From Candidatus Helarchaeota archaeon (lineage in GTDB: Archaea > Asgardarchaeota > Lokiarchaeia > Helarchaeales > RDOG01), in NCBI GenBank assembly GCA_019058315.1, contig JAHPZH010000005.1, positions 160,001 to 224,000 on the forward strand: 64,000 nt of DNA, written 5' to 3'. The translations under genes and the position numbers were made by a program. Position 1 is the stretch's first letter; each line of letters starts with the position of its first letter. Below, piece by piece: positions 50,997-61,476 of this stretch. Under the pieces are notes generated by a model. It was not told the DNA's origin. It made no database searches and saw nothing but the letters and a program-made list of their open reading frames with translations.

Positions 50997-51149
50997 CCCA
51001 AAGTTGTTATTTAAATTCTAATGAAAAACAAAATTATGCTTTATTGTATAGCAAATCACCTTTATAAAATGCATATTCATATTAGATATAATTTTAAAAT
51101 TTCAAATGTAAGATAAATCTTTGAAGTATTGTGTTATAATTATTAAAAA

Positions 51150-52232
51150 ATGATGTCAAAGATGATCAATGGATATATAATTATTGTAGTCATTTCTATA
51201 ATCCCTCTATTAGTCCCATGTTTATTATTCTTTTACCAATTTATAAAAAGAAGAGAACGGTTTATCCTACTTGTGTCACTATCATGGTTTTTTTGGACTT
51301 TATTTATAATAAATTCGTTACTTTCAATATTAAATGCATCAGTCTCTCTCGTGAAGTTAGGGGGAGTTTTGATGGTTCCATTAACCTTCTCTTTTATTCT
51401 ATTCATTGACTCAATCTCCCGTGAATCGGTTGATCCAAAAAAACTTGTAATAATCACTGCTGCATCTATGTCATATCTTATAATTCACTTAACTCCTGGA
51501 TCGATAATAATATTTAAGTTTCCTAATGGATATCTTTACTTCAATGCAACTGCAGCTGATTTTTTATTATATTCATTTTTGATGCTCCTAATAGAAGGAA
51601 ATTCGATCTTTTTCTTAGCAAAAATCTATCGCAATGCTCCAAAGAGCTTAAAATATTATGCAAGTATAGGTTTTTACTCCCAATTACTATCTGCATGTAT
51701 TTTTGGTATTAGTGGAATTTTGAATTTAGAAACCTCAATTCCAGGCATTACTTATTCTATTATAGGGTTCGGTACACTGCCTCTCTCAATTGTATTCCTA
51801 AAAAAACCACAAATAGCTTTTATTCTTCCATTCAAAGCCTTGCGATTAATGGTTATTGAAACTAAAAGCGGTTTGCCTCTTTTTACTCATATTTGGAACG
51901 TAAAAGAGGATACAGTAAGTGAAGCTCTCTTTTCAGGAATGTTACAGGGTATAAGCATAATTTTAAATGAATCAGTAAAGAAAGGAAATGTTCGAGAAAT
52001 ACACTTGGAGCAAGCTGTTCTTATTATACGAAGAAGTGAAAAATTTACTGGTGCATGCGTGCTGGTTACTACTAAATCGTCTCGTTCTCTTCGTCAAGCA
52101 TTGGATGCGTTTGCGGATAAATTTTTCAAAAAATTTTCGCCATATTTTTCAGAACCGAGTAATACAGATAATTTTAAACCCGCTTCCGACTTGATAATGG
52201 ATTATTTTGCGTTCATTCCAGAATATGATTGA
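51150..52232 (+). CDS. ~7 TM membrane protein fused to a C-terminal longin-like domain
   Basis: Hydrophobic N-terminal ~220 aa, then PQIAFILPFKALRLMVI..SGLPLF...LFSGMLQGI...REIHL...ACVLV. Confidence 0.8.
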   Translation: MMSKMINGYIIIVVISIIPLLVPCLLFFYQFIKRRERFILLVSLSWFFWTLFIINSLLSILNASVSLVKLGGVLMVPLTFSFILFIDSISRESVDPKKLVIITAASMSYLIIHLTPGSIIIFKFPNGYLYFNATAADFLLYSFLMLLIEGNSIFFLAKIYRNAPKSLKYYASIGFYSQLLSACIFGISGILNLETSIPGITYSIIGFGTLPLSIVFLKKPQIAFILPFKALRLMVIETKSGLPLFTHIWNVKEDTVSEALFSGMLQGISIILNESVKKGNVREIHLEQAVLIIRRSEKFTGACVLVTTKSSRSLRQALDAFADKFFKKFSPYFSEPSNTDNFKPASDLIMDYFAFIPEYD

Positions 52233-52263
52233 ATAATAAATTTTTTGAGATAAAATACCTTTT

Positions 52264-53655
52264 TTAATTAATTTTCAACAGTATTCTTCCCCAACATGGA
52301 TAAATTTCGGCATTTATGTGATTATTATGAATATAAAACTCTTTTGACCCCCCTTGGTCTAAGAGCTCGACGAATTTTGCCCCATCAAGATGCTGATTCC
52401 AAAGCGGAATGTTTTTGTGTGCCTGCTGCAATTGATTGTTAACTATTACTAATATCGTTTGAGCTGATGATTTTCTTAAAAAGGCGAGTAGATTATTTTC
52501 TGCATAAACTGGAATTAGATTACCATAAATTAGTGCATGATTATTATTTCTGATTTTTATTAATTTTTGAACATGTTCAAAAATGTTTTTCCCATAATCT
52601 GGCCAAGATTCGACTTTTGTAGGCATCAGTTTTCGAACATCATCATCAGAATGTTGGGTTTTTACCCCATACGTGCCAATTTCATCACCATAGTAAATCT
52701 TAGGAATTCCATTACTGGTAAAGAGAAAAATAAACGCAGGATATAGGTAACGTTCATCATGTAGAATTGATCGAATTCGAGTAGTATCATGATTCCCCAA
52801 AAAATTTAATAGCGCAATATTCTTATTCAACCCCCATTGTGGATGAAAAGATCGTTCTAATACCGCTTTAAGTTCATGCATATTATTTGAATTAAATGCG
52901 CTCCAAGTGGATTTATAAACTTGGTATCCTGTGCCAGCATCTAGAAGTTCTGGACCAACCCATTTTGAATAAGGTCCATGAATCATTTCACCAACCAAAA
53001 AACAATCAGGTTTTGCATTTTTACACATTTGTCGGAATTCTCGCCAAAATGCAGGATTTATTTGATAAGCCACATCTAACCTCCATCCATCCATGCCTAT
53101 TTCTTTTAGCCAGTACGCTGCCACAGAAAAAATATAATCTTTCACATCTTTTTCTGACAAATTCAATTTTACCAGTTTATAATGCCCTTCCCAAGTCTTA
53201 TAATCAAAACCATCATTATAAGGACTATTTTTAGAGAAATCAATATAATGCCAGTGTTGCCGCCAAGAGTTTTGCCTATATTGTTGTATGTCCTTAAAAG
53301 AGTCGAATTCTCGACTAACATGGTTGAAAACTCCGTCAATTATCACCTTTAGTCCTACATCGTGGAGTTCGTTTACTATATCTTTAAATAATTCGTTTGT
53401 TCCCAATCTATGGTCAATTTTCATGTAATCAATGGTATCATAACCGTGAGACATGGATTCAAATAATGGTCCAAACTGAATTACGTTAATTCCTAATTTT
53501 TTAAAGTGATCATAATAATTACGAAGCTCTGCAAGGCGATTGACGGTCATATTTTCATCCTTATTGTGTTTGGGAGCACCGAAAAAGCCCAATGGGTATA
53601 TATGATAAAATATGCCACGTTTGGCCCAATCTGGAATGTAGTGTAGATTTTCCAT
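52264..53655 (-). CDS. GH13 alpha-amylase family (cyclomaltodextrinase/neopullulanase-like)
   Basis: HGYDTIDY, DGVFNH, GWRLDVA, VGE, NHD, IYYGDE. Confidence 0.93.
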   Translation of the reverse strand: MENLHYIPDWAKRGIFYHIYPLGFFGAPKHNKDENMTVNRLAELRNYYDHFKKLGINVIQFGPLFESMSHGYDTIDYMKIDHRLGTNELFKDIVNELHDVGLKVIIDGVFNHVSREFDSFKDIQQYRQNSWRQHWHYIDFSKNSPYNDGFDYKTWEGHYKLVKLNLSEKDVKDYIFSVAAYWLKEIGMDGWRLDVAYQINPAFWREFRQMCKNAKPDCFLVGEMIHGPYSKWVGPELLDAGTGYQVYKSTWSAFNSNNMHELKAVLERSFHPQWGLNKNIALLNFLGNHDTTRIRSILHDERYLYPAFIFLFTSNGIPKIYYGDEIGTYGVKTQHSDDDVRKLMPTKVESWPDYGKNIFEHVQKLIKIRNNNHALIYGNLIPVYAENNLLAFLRKSSAQTILVIVNNQLQQAHKNIPLWNQHLDGAKFVELLDQGGSKEFYIHNNHINAEIYPCWGRILLKIN

Positions 53656-53807
53656 TATGTATCACATGCTATTGATTAAGCTGATTCTATAATTACTCAA
53701 ATTTACAAATAATATAAAATTCTAGTTGTTGACATTAGCAATATTAAATTCGTTAGTAAAAACCGAAAAAAAATAATAATAATTAAAAATATGTTTTATT
53801 GGAACAG

Positions 53808-55127
53808 TTACTTATTTTTAAATTTAATGACTTTCCTAATTTTCTTTACTTTTTTCTGCAGCCTTCTTTTTTTCTTCATTTCTTCTGCCCAACCCTCTGG
53901 TTTGAGGTATTTTGTATCTAAGCCATGTCCGATCGAAATTATATGGTCCCTTGTGACCTTCTCTATCTTGCTTCTGTGCGTAATATTGAATAATAAACCG
54001 GAAATTGCTTCGTCGAATGAAAGATCCAAATCTTGATAAAACACCCTTGGACCAGCTGGATATTTCCACTCCACGCTTTTCCACTCTCCTTTTTCAGGAT
54101 CATATTCTGGAGGAATACAATCCATGGTCTGTCTAGGTAATGGGACCCCTAATACCTTCAGGCGATAGCTCATATTACGCAAATTGCGATAAAATTCATC
54201 AGGATAGTTTTTCTTTCCAAATTCGATAATATCCTTATTGACGTGCTGCATATATAATTGATTCATGCTAAGCATTCTAGATATACTTTGGCACCATTGT
54301 GCACGTGTTAAAGCGAACATAGTGTTTAACATAGGAGGCCAAGGCTCATAGAGGAATAAGGAATGAGGTAAATTATATTTATTTTGTGCGTTTACTCCAT
54401 CATATGTCTGTCCTATTGCATCCCAATTCGAAAAGCTCTTAGCACCACCAACCATCATAAAAAATAATGCCACTTGATAAGAGGAATCTGCCCATTGGGG
54501 ATTTCTTTCATTCCTTAAATCGAGCATTATATCCCGAACTCTCGATGCTGCCACCGCTAAATCGTTAATTCTTTTAGGAATCTCCTTTAATCTATATCCT
54601 AGCTTCATATGCCTCCTTTCAAGGAATTCATCGTTTGGCATCATAAACCAGTAGTCTACTGGATAGCCCTCCTCCATATGAATATTAAAGGCGAGCTTTA
54701 TCTCTCTAGTAATATCGTTCACGCCGAGAAAACTAATGTCATGCGATGGTCCATATATCATAACCGAGCTGGATGAGTGAAGATCTGCTCTAATAGTAAG
54801 ATTCGGGGGATAACCCCAATATACCATAGTTTCGGACTTTCTCTTGATTTTTCCTTCTTCTAATGCTTTTTCTAGCTCGAACCCATCCTCCATTCGCTGA
54901 TTGAAAAAGCGTGCTTGACTCTCATCAAACCTTTCGGTCACTAACTTAGAATAATCCCTCCAATCTTCGAACTGGAGATCGTATAAGGTTAGTGGAGCTA
55001 ACGGCGTCCACTTTTTAGTATAAACTTCATCGGGGATGGTCTTATACGCTTCGGTAATTGTGCGTTTCGGTTTCAATTCAGAATCTTCAACGGCCTCTAA
55101 TTGCATTAGCATATCTCCTATATTCAT
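53808..55127 (-). CDS. Uncharacterised expanded family, paralog D (subfamily II)
   Basis: KRKSETMVYWGYPPNLTIRADLHSSSSVMIYGPSHDI block; basic C-terminal tail. Confidence 0.85.
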   Translation of the reverse strand: MNIGDMLMQLEAVEDSELKPKRTITEAYKTIPDEVYTKKWTPLAPLTLYDLQFEDWRDYSKLVTERFDESQARFFNQRMEDGFELEKALEEGKIKRKSETMVYWGYPPNLTIRADLHSSSSVMIYGPSHDISFLGVNDITREIKLAFNIHMEEGYPVDYWFMMPNDEFLERRHMKLGYRLKEIPKRINDLAVAASRVRDIMLDLRNERNPQWADSSYQVALFFMMVGGAKSFSNWDAIGQTYDGVNAQNKYNLPHSLFLYEPWPPMLNTMFALTRAQWCQSISRMLSMNQLYMQHVNKDIIEFGKKNYPDEFYRNLRNMSYRLKVLGVPLPRQTMDCIPPEYDPEKGEWKSVEWKYPAGPRVFYQDLDLSFDEAISGLLFNITHRSKIEKVTRDHIISIGHGLDTKYLKPEGWAEEMKKKRRLQKKVKKIRKVIKFKNK

Positions 55128-55175
55128 TAAAAGGATGATAATAAAAAATTTTGAAATAGTGATTATTTTACAAAA

Positions 55176-56492
55176 TCATGAAGATTTTTTATATTTTATT
55201 ATTTTCTTTATTTTTTTAACCTTTCTTCGTAATCGCTTTTTTTTCTTTTGTTCTTCTATCCAACCTTCAGGTTTTAGGTATTTTGTATCAAAACCATGAC
55301 CGATAGAAATAATATCATCATGTGTTACTTTCTCTACTTTCGATTTATGCGTAATATTAAAAAGGACACCCGAAATAGCTTCATCAAAGGTTAATCCGAG
55401 ATCTTCATAGAATATTAGGGGCCCCTTTGGATATTTAAAGTCAATTGATTGCCACTCACCAATATTTGGATCATACTTTGGCAATTCACATTCCAAAGTC
55501 TGTTTAGGGAGAGGAACGCCGAGAACTTTTAATTGATAGCTATAATTGAGTAATTGCCGTAAATATTCATCATAATAATGCTTTTTTCCATGTTCTAGTA
55601 CATCCTTGTCCACATGTTGCATATATAACTGGTTCATGCTAAGCATTCGAGATAGAGAAACACACCATTGGTCTCTTTTAAGTGCGAAAAAGGTGTTGAG
55701 CATTGGAGGCCACGGTTCATAGAGGAATAACGAGTGAGGTAATTGATACATGTTCCTCGCATTCACTCCATCATAAATTTGACCGATGGCATCCCAATTT
55801 GAAAATTTCGTGATCCCACCGATCATGATGAAAAATAGAGCGACTTGGTAGCTACTGGCTGCCCATTGCGGATTTCGTTCATTTCTGATATCCATCATAA
55901 TATCTCTAACCCTACTGGCAGCAAGAGCGAGATCATCGAACTTTTGTGGCATTTCCTTTAATTTATAACCTAGCTTCATATGCCTTTTTTCAAGTGCTTC
56001 GTCATCAGGAAGCATTATCCAATAGTCAGTAGGATATCCATCCTCCATATGCAGCGTGAAGCCGAATCTAATCTCTCTGGTAATATCGTTTACTCCTAGA
56101 AATGAGATATCGTGCGATGGACCATAGATCATTACCGAACTTGAGGAATGGAGGTCTGCTCTTATCGTTAAATTAGGTGGATAGCCCCAATAAACCATAG
56201 TTTCAGCCTTACGCTTAATTTTTCCAAGATCCAGGGCTTCATTAAGCGATAAACTGTTTTTCATTCGTTCATCGAATAGCCTGGCTTCATTCTCATCCAT
56301 ACGTTCCGCTGCGAGCACTCTGTAGTCCGACCAATCATAAAACTGTAAATTGTAGAGTACGGTCGGAGAAAGTGGAGCCCACCTTTTGGAATAGACATCT
56401 TCAGGAATACTTTTATATGCTTCAGTATATGTTCGCTTCGGTTTTAACTCCGAATCATCTAAAGCTTCTATTAACAAATTCTTTCGCCCCAA
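55176..56492 (-). CDS. Uncharacterised expanded family, paralog E (subfamily II)
   Basis: Tandem with D; same conserved blocks. Confidence 0.85.
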   Translation of the reverse strand: MGRKNLLIEALDDSELKPKRTYTEAYKSIPEDVYSKRWAPLSPTVLYNLQFYDWSDYRVLAAERMDENEARLFDERMKNSLSLNEALDLGKIKRKAETMVYWGYPPNLTIRADLHSSSSVMIYGPSHDISFLGVNDITREIRFGFTLHMEDGYPTDYWIMLPDDEALEKRHMKLGYKLKEMPQKFDDLALAASRVRDIMMDIRNERNPQWAASSYQVALFFIMIGGITKFSNWDAIGQIYDGVNARNMYQLPHSLFLYEPWPPMLNTFFALKRDQWCVSLSRMLSMNQLYMQHVDKDVLEHGKKHYYDEYLRQLLNYSYQLKVLGVPLPKQTLECELPKYDPNIGEWQSIDFKYPKGPLIFYEDLGLTFDEAISGVLFNITHKSKVEKVTHDDIISIGHGFDTKYLKPEGWIEEQKKKKRLRRKVKKIKKIIKYKKSS

Positions 56493-56734
56493 TTTATTTT
56501 AATATTAATAAAATTTTGAATATTTTACAAATAATAAAATCTAGAATTTAAAATTTTAGTTAGTATTAGGAAATTATAACTTTAAAAAATTGTCCAAATT
56601 GTAACATTAGCTATATCAAATATTAGATATTATTTTTAAAACTCAATTTAAGGTATTTTTGATTATGTAAGAAAAAAAAGCTTTGGATTTGGAACTTTAT
56701 CGAAAATATACTGGAATCAAATATTGATTGATGG

Positions 56735-58294
56735 TTAGAATTCATCTTTTGGTAGTAGCATTAATTTCCCTACAAGATCTGTGATTGCTTTAGCAGTTGA
56801 TCCTAATTTTTCTACATCAATTTTATCCAGAGTGTCTTTAGCAGTAAGTAAATAATAGGGTGATCTAATCCAATGAATTACATTAATCCCACTTTGAGCA
56901 ACCAAATGTCCTGCTTCCCCGATCGGCATCGTCCCGAAAAAATTATCAGGAATGAGGATTAGTTTTTCTAGGGGATGGTCTTGGCACATTTTAATCATAG
57001 TAGAAACCAAAGATATTTTCCTCGAAATAAATATGACACCGATAGCCAGCTCATCTTTTAAACTAAAATCATGTGTAACGGGGTCTTCCGAAACATCTTT
57101 CGCACATAAATGTTCTAAATTAACATCAACAAGGACCTTCTTTAATAAATTATTCCTTTGTTTTCTAGCGAATGTTTCTGCACCAATTCCAGCGTATAAA
57201 TGCCCTGCAGTAATTAGGAATAGGATACTCCTAGGTCTTTCTGAACGTGGAATTTTAGACCAAGCAGCTAGTTGTGCAAGGACCATTGCAACACCCGTGC
57301 CATCTTCAGATGCTCCTTTGAACGCGGAATCGTGATGAGTTGAAATCATAATCATATCATCTGATTTACCAGGAAGTATACCATAAATATTGTGAGCCGT
57401 ACCAGGATTTTGTTCTCCCTCTAGTATTATAGTTCCTGTCGCATTGTCTGATCTCGCTATTTTTCGTAGTTGCATTCCATCATATTTACCAACATAGAGA
57501 CCAGGAATGGGTTTCATTACCCCATCATAAGGTCCCCAATGACTGTTTGTATTTGACGGATGATCCTTTAATATTAAAATTATGCCAACAGCACCATGGT
57601 CAACTGCCTGCCAATATATTGATTCTTTATTAGGTTTAGCACCAATGGACTGTGGTGGAAAATTTAATCGTGCAAAAGTTAGGATGGTTTTTGAATTTTC
57701 ATCAATTTCATTATTAGGATCAGAAACATAATAACTATCAAAAGCTTTGGTTAACATTCCATAAGGAAAGGTTGGAAATTCAATATCTCCAACTACTATT
57801 TTCCCTTTAACATCAATTTTTTCAAATTTTTTTGGTTTACCTTTACCTACATAAACAAGGGGTGCAGTGATGCCTGTAGATCCGGTGAATCCCGAATTTA
57901 GAACATAAAAACAGGGCATTTCGATTTGTTTTTCACCAGTTGAAACAATTAATTTCCAATTGGACGCATTCCAAAGGGTTATTTTTAATGGTTCTTTGGT
58001 TATGTTTTCTAAACCAGCATCATGAAATTTATGTGCAATAAAATCTTCAATTAAATGTGCTTCGGGAGTTCCTATCCGACGATGAGGAGGTTCACAAATT
58101 TTTTGTAAAAGTGAGTTTACCTCTTGTGAATCGGGAGTTGACACGGAATAAGGAAAATCTTGAATATTTTTTATTTTTTCCAGAGCATTTTCCTTCATTT
58201 TTGTAATATATGGAAGGATCTTTTGTAAATGTAATAAAAAATTGTCAATTGTAATGTTAAATTCGGGTGTAGGTTCGAGAGTCTCATTACTCAT
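56735..58294 (-). CDS. PA-domain M28 peptidase-like protein (variant active site)
   Basis: RIGT, APLVYVG..DVKGKIVV (PA domain), HNIYG, STHHDS, ASEDGTG, TAGH. Confidence 0.8.
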   Translation of the reverse strand: MSNETLEPTPEFNITIDNFLLHLQKILPYITKMKENALEKIKNIQDFPYSVSTPDSQEVNSLLQKICEPPHRRIGTPEAHLIEDFIAHKFHDAGLENITKEPLKITLWNASNWKLIVSTGEKQIEMPCFYVLNSGFTGSTGITAPLVYVGKGKPKKFEKIDVKGKIVVGDIEFPTFPYGMLTKAFDSYYVSDPNNEIDENSKTILTFARLNFPPQSIGAKPNKESIYWQAVDHGAVGIILILKDHPSNTNSHWGPYDGVMKPIPGLYVGKYDGMQLRKIARSDNATGTIILEGEQNPGTAHNIYGILPGKSDDMIMISTHHDSAFKGASEDGTGVAMVLAQLAAWSKIPRSERPRSILFLITAGHLYAGIGAETFARKQRNNLLKKVLVDVNLEHLCAKDVSEDPVTHDFSLKDELAIGVIFISRKISLVSTMIKMCQDHPLEKLILIPDNFFGTMPIGEAGHLVAQSGINVIHWIRSPYYLLTAKDTLDKIDVEKLGSTAKAITDLVGKLMLLPKDEF

Positions 58295-58494
58295 AATTTT
58301 TTCGCCAAAATTTATATTGATTAGTTATTTCGAATTGTTATTATTAAAAACTATTTATGTTCTTATTTAGATTAAAAAACCATTATATTTTTTACATACC
58401 AAATTTAATTTAATAAATTTACAAAAATATTAAATATTTGATTTTTTGAAGCTTATATGGTAATTATAATATCATTTTATAAGGAGATAGAGTC

Positions 58495-59805
58495 GTGATA
58501 CTAGAACCGTTAGATGATTCTGAATTAAAACCGAAACGGACTATGACTGAAGCGTATAAAAGCATTCCCGATCACATTTATACTAAGAAATGGACCCCTC
58601 TTGCACCTACAGTTCTGTGGAATCTCCAATTTTATGATTGGGGTGAATATGAGGGGTTGGTTTCTGGAAGATATGATGAGCATTTAGCTCGTTTATTTAG
58701 GAAACGCATGGATGACGGAATGGAGTTAGATAGAATGTTAGATGAGGGCGAAATCAAGCGAAAGTCGGAGACCATGGTCTACTGGGGCTATCCTCCCAAC
58801 CTCACTATCCGGGCAGACCTTCATTCATCTAGCTCTGTGATGATATACGGACCATCGCATGATATTTGTTTTTGTGGTATAAATGATATAACCCGTGAAG
58901 TCCGCCTCGCTTATAATATTCACATGGAAGAAGGATATCCCACAGAATTTTGGTTCATGTTCCCTGATGACGAAGCTCTTGATAGGCGTCACATGAAGTT
59001 GGGTTACAAGTTAAGAGAGATGCCTAAGCGATATAATGACCTTCCAATTGCAGCATCGAAGATCCGCGATATAATGATGGATATTCGCAACGAAAGAACT
59101 CCGCAATATGCACTTTCTTCTTTTCAAATCTCCGTATTTTATCTCATGGTCGGAGGTGTTACTAAGTTTTCAAACTGGGATGCACTTGGGCAAATATATG
59201 ATGGAGTCAACGCTAAAAATGTGTATGAACTACCGCATTATATGTTTGGATATGAACCATGGCCCCCAATGCTTAATACTTTCTTCGCACTTGATAGAGA
59301 CCAGTGGTGCATTTCGCTTTCTCGCATGCTTAGCATGAATCAACTTTACATGCAACATGTGGATAAAGAATCGTTGGAGATTATCAAAAAGAACTATCCC
59401 GAGGAATTTAAACGAAATCAACTAACTTACAGCTATCAACTAAAAAAGATTGGAGTACCCCTTCCCCAACAGACGATGAAATGTATTCCACCTAAATTTA
59501 ACCCGACAACTGGCGAATGGGAAAGTTTAGAATTCCAATATCCAGAGGGTTTGCGTATTTTCTACGATGACCCCGCTCTCGATTTAAGTTTTGATGAAGC
59601 GACATCGGGTGTTCTGTTTAATCTAACTCATAAAACAAAGAATTTAGAGAAGGTCACAAAGGATCACGTTATCAGCATTGGACATGGTCTGAACACAAGG
59701 TATCTTAAACCGGAAGGGTGGATTGAAGAAGAGAAGAGAAAGAAAAGACGTCTAAGAAAAGTTAAGAAAGTTAGGAAATTAATAAAGTATAAAAAGACCG
59801 CATAA
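58495..59805 (+). CDS. Uncharacterised expanded family, paralog F (subfamily II)
   Basis: AGGAGA SD plus GTG start; same conserved blocks and basic tail. Confidence 0.85.
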   Translation: MILEPLDDSELKPKRTMTEAYKSIPDHIYTKKWTPLAPTVLWNLQFYDWGEYEGLVSGRYDEHLARLFRKRMDDGMELDRMLDEGEIKRKSETMVYWGYPPNLTIRADLHSSSSVMIYGPSHDICFCGINDITREVRLAYNIHMEEGYPTEFWFMFPDDEALDRRHMKLGYKLREMPKRYNDLPIAASKIRDIMMDIRNERTPQYALSSFQISVFYLMVGGVTKFSNWDALGQIYDGVNAKNVYELPHYMFGYEPWPPMLNTFFALDRDQWCISLSRMLSMNQLYMQHVDKESLEIIKKNYPEEFKRNQLTYSYQLKKIGVPLPQQTMKCIPPKFNPTTGEWESLEFQYPEGLRIFYDDPALDLSFDEATSGVLFNLTHKTKNLEKVTKDHVISIGHGLNTRYLKPEGWIEEEKRKKRRLRKVKKVRKLIKYKKTA

Positions 59806-60054
59806 AAATAAGCTCTTTATAAATTTTTTTTGCTATTTCAATAGAATTACAGTGAAAGATTGAAAAACTTATTTATCATAGATATAACCTTTTATCTATC
59901 TTGTTTTTTATACAAAATTAACTCATTCTACTAAAGATTTTAAAAATTAATTTGGTACTGAAATTTATTTCATACAATGATCTTTATTTTTCATATGAGG
60001 TAAAAAAAATTAAAAGTTTATAAAATTAAAAATTCTTGGTAGAGGTGATATTGG

Positions 60055-60336
60055 TTGCCTACTTGTAAAAAATGTGGGAAATTAATTTCAAACGAACAAT
60101 ATCTCGAGTTTGATGGTCTTTGTACTCAATGCAAAAGGCTATCATATTACAAAAAGTTTGAAAGTGGTGAGGGTTTAAAAGGTTTAGGAGTAATTTTTAC
60201 TTGTATGAGTATTGGTTTATGGTCGTATGTGTTTTTACCTGTTGGAAATCCAATTTACATAGCAATACCTATAGCCTTAGCAGTAACCATTATAGGAATA
60301 TTATTTATTTATTTCGGATATAAAAAGAGTAAATAA
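60055..60336 (+). CDS. Zinc-finger protein with two TM helices
   Basis: GAGGTGA SD; CKKC...CTQC; two hydrophobic segments. Confidence 0.75.
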   Translation: MPTCKKCGKLISNEQYLEFDGLCTQCKRLSYYKKFESGEGLKGLGVIFTCMSIGLWSYVFLPVGNPIYIAIPIALAVTIIGILFIYFGYKKSK

Positions 60337-60546
60337 TAGAGTTTTAGTTTAACCTATAGAATAGACCAACTAAAAATAAACTAGATTAATATGAAAATAA
60401 AATATTCTTTTAGAATTAAACTTATTTTTTATATATCCGGTTAAAAAATCCTAAAAGAGTATTCAAATTTAGAACATACGATTAGAATTTAAACACAACA
60501 ATTTTATTTTCATTTTCTAATACTCTTGAAAGTCTAATTTAACCTT

Positions 60547-61362
60547 CTAAGTCTTTAATCCTTTAAATAATGTATATGTATAAAACCCATGATAATATTT
60601 ATTATTGAGGATATAATCGCTTGAACGTGGATCTCGTATCCTTTCAAATGTTTGCCAATCATTTTTATCAATCTCAGACTCCGCTCCACCCCAAAACATT
60701 TGAAATAAGAATCTTAATGCGTTTTTATCATTTTCGCTAAGCGGAGTGGTAATATCTTCTACATAAGTTTTAGCTTTAACATACTTAAAACCAGCCTTCT
60801 CTAACCAATAGCTTGCATTCAATACGTGGATCATAGGATTCATATTTTTCGTAAACGGTGCTGTTGCAGAAGATGTGTTATTCAGCGTAGCTTCCAGAGT
60901 TGGGTAACCTGCAAGCAATTTTTGTGAGGACCAAAACAAGATAAAAATGGATCCACCCGGCTTAATCACGCGATAATATTCCTTAATAATTGGTAATGGA
61001 TCTTCGGATGGACAACCAAGCTCCTTTGGTCCAGGCCACACTGTATCAGCACTCCACACCCAATCAAAAGAATTATCATTAAATGGAAGTGAATTAATAT
61101 CACCTTCCTCAAATTCCACATTTTTTGTCTTATATTTGTTATTAGCATAAGAGACAAAATCTTTGGATAAATCTAAGCCAATTACATGTCCATTTCTCCC
61201 TACTTCCTTTGAGAGATGCTTTGTAATGGATCCTATTCCGCATCCTGCGTCCAATCCCTTACTTCCCGGTGGAATATCAAGCGATTTTATAATACGGTGC
61301 ATCAAAGGATCTCTAAATGTAGTAAGCATTTCATATGAAGCAATTTCTGTTTCATTTTCCAT
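60547..61362 (-). CDS. Class I SAM-dependent methyltransferase
   Basis: LDAGCGIG, VIGLDLS, GDINSLPF..NSFD, RVIKPGG. Confidence 0.92.
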   Translation of the reverse strand: MENETEIASYEMLTTFRDPLMHRIIKSLDIPPGSKGLDAGCGIGSITKHLSKEVGRNGHVIGLDLSKDFVSYANNKYKTKNVEFEEGDINSLPFNDNSFDWVWSADTVWPGPKELGCPSEDPLPIIKEYYRVIKPGGSIFILFWSSQKLLAGYPTLEATLNNTSSATAPFTKNMNPMIHVLNASYWLEKAGFKYVKAKTYVEDITTPLSENDKNALRFLFQMFWGGAESEIDKNDWQTFERIRDPRSSDYILNNKYYHGFYTYTLFKGLKT

Positions 61363-61476
61363 TTTATCATCATTTAATTATTTGATTACCATGCATTTTT
61401 TTATTTATTTTATCTCCCATTAAATTTAATATATAAAAATGACATTTGAAAATAAAGTAAATTCTTACCAAAAATA

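Noticed and set aside
53808-59805. Visibly higher GC in paralogs D-F as evidence of horizontal transfer
   Set aside because: Judged by eye only; there is no integrase, att site or flanking repeat, and amino-acid composition or codon preference could explain it.
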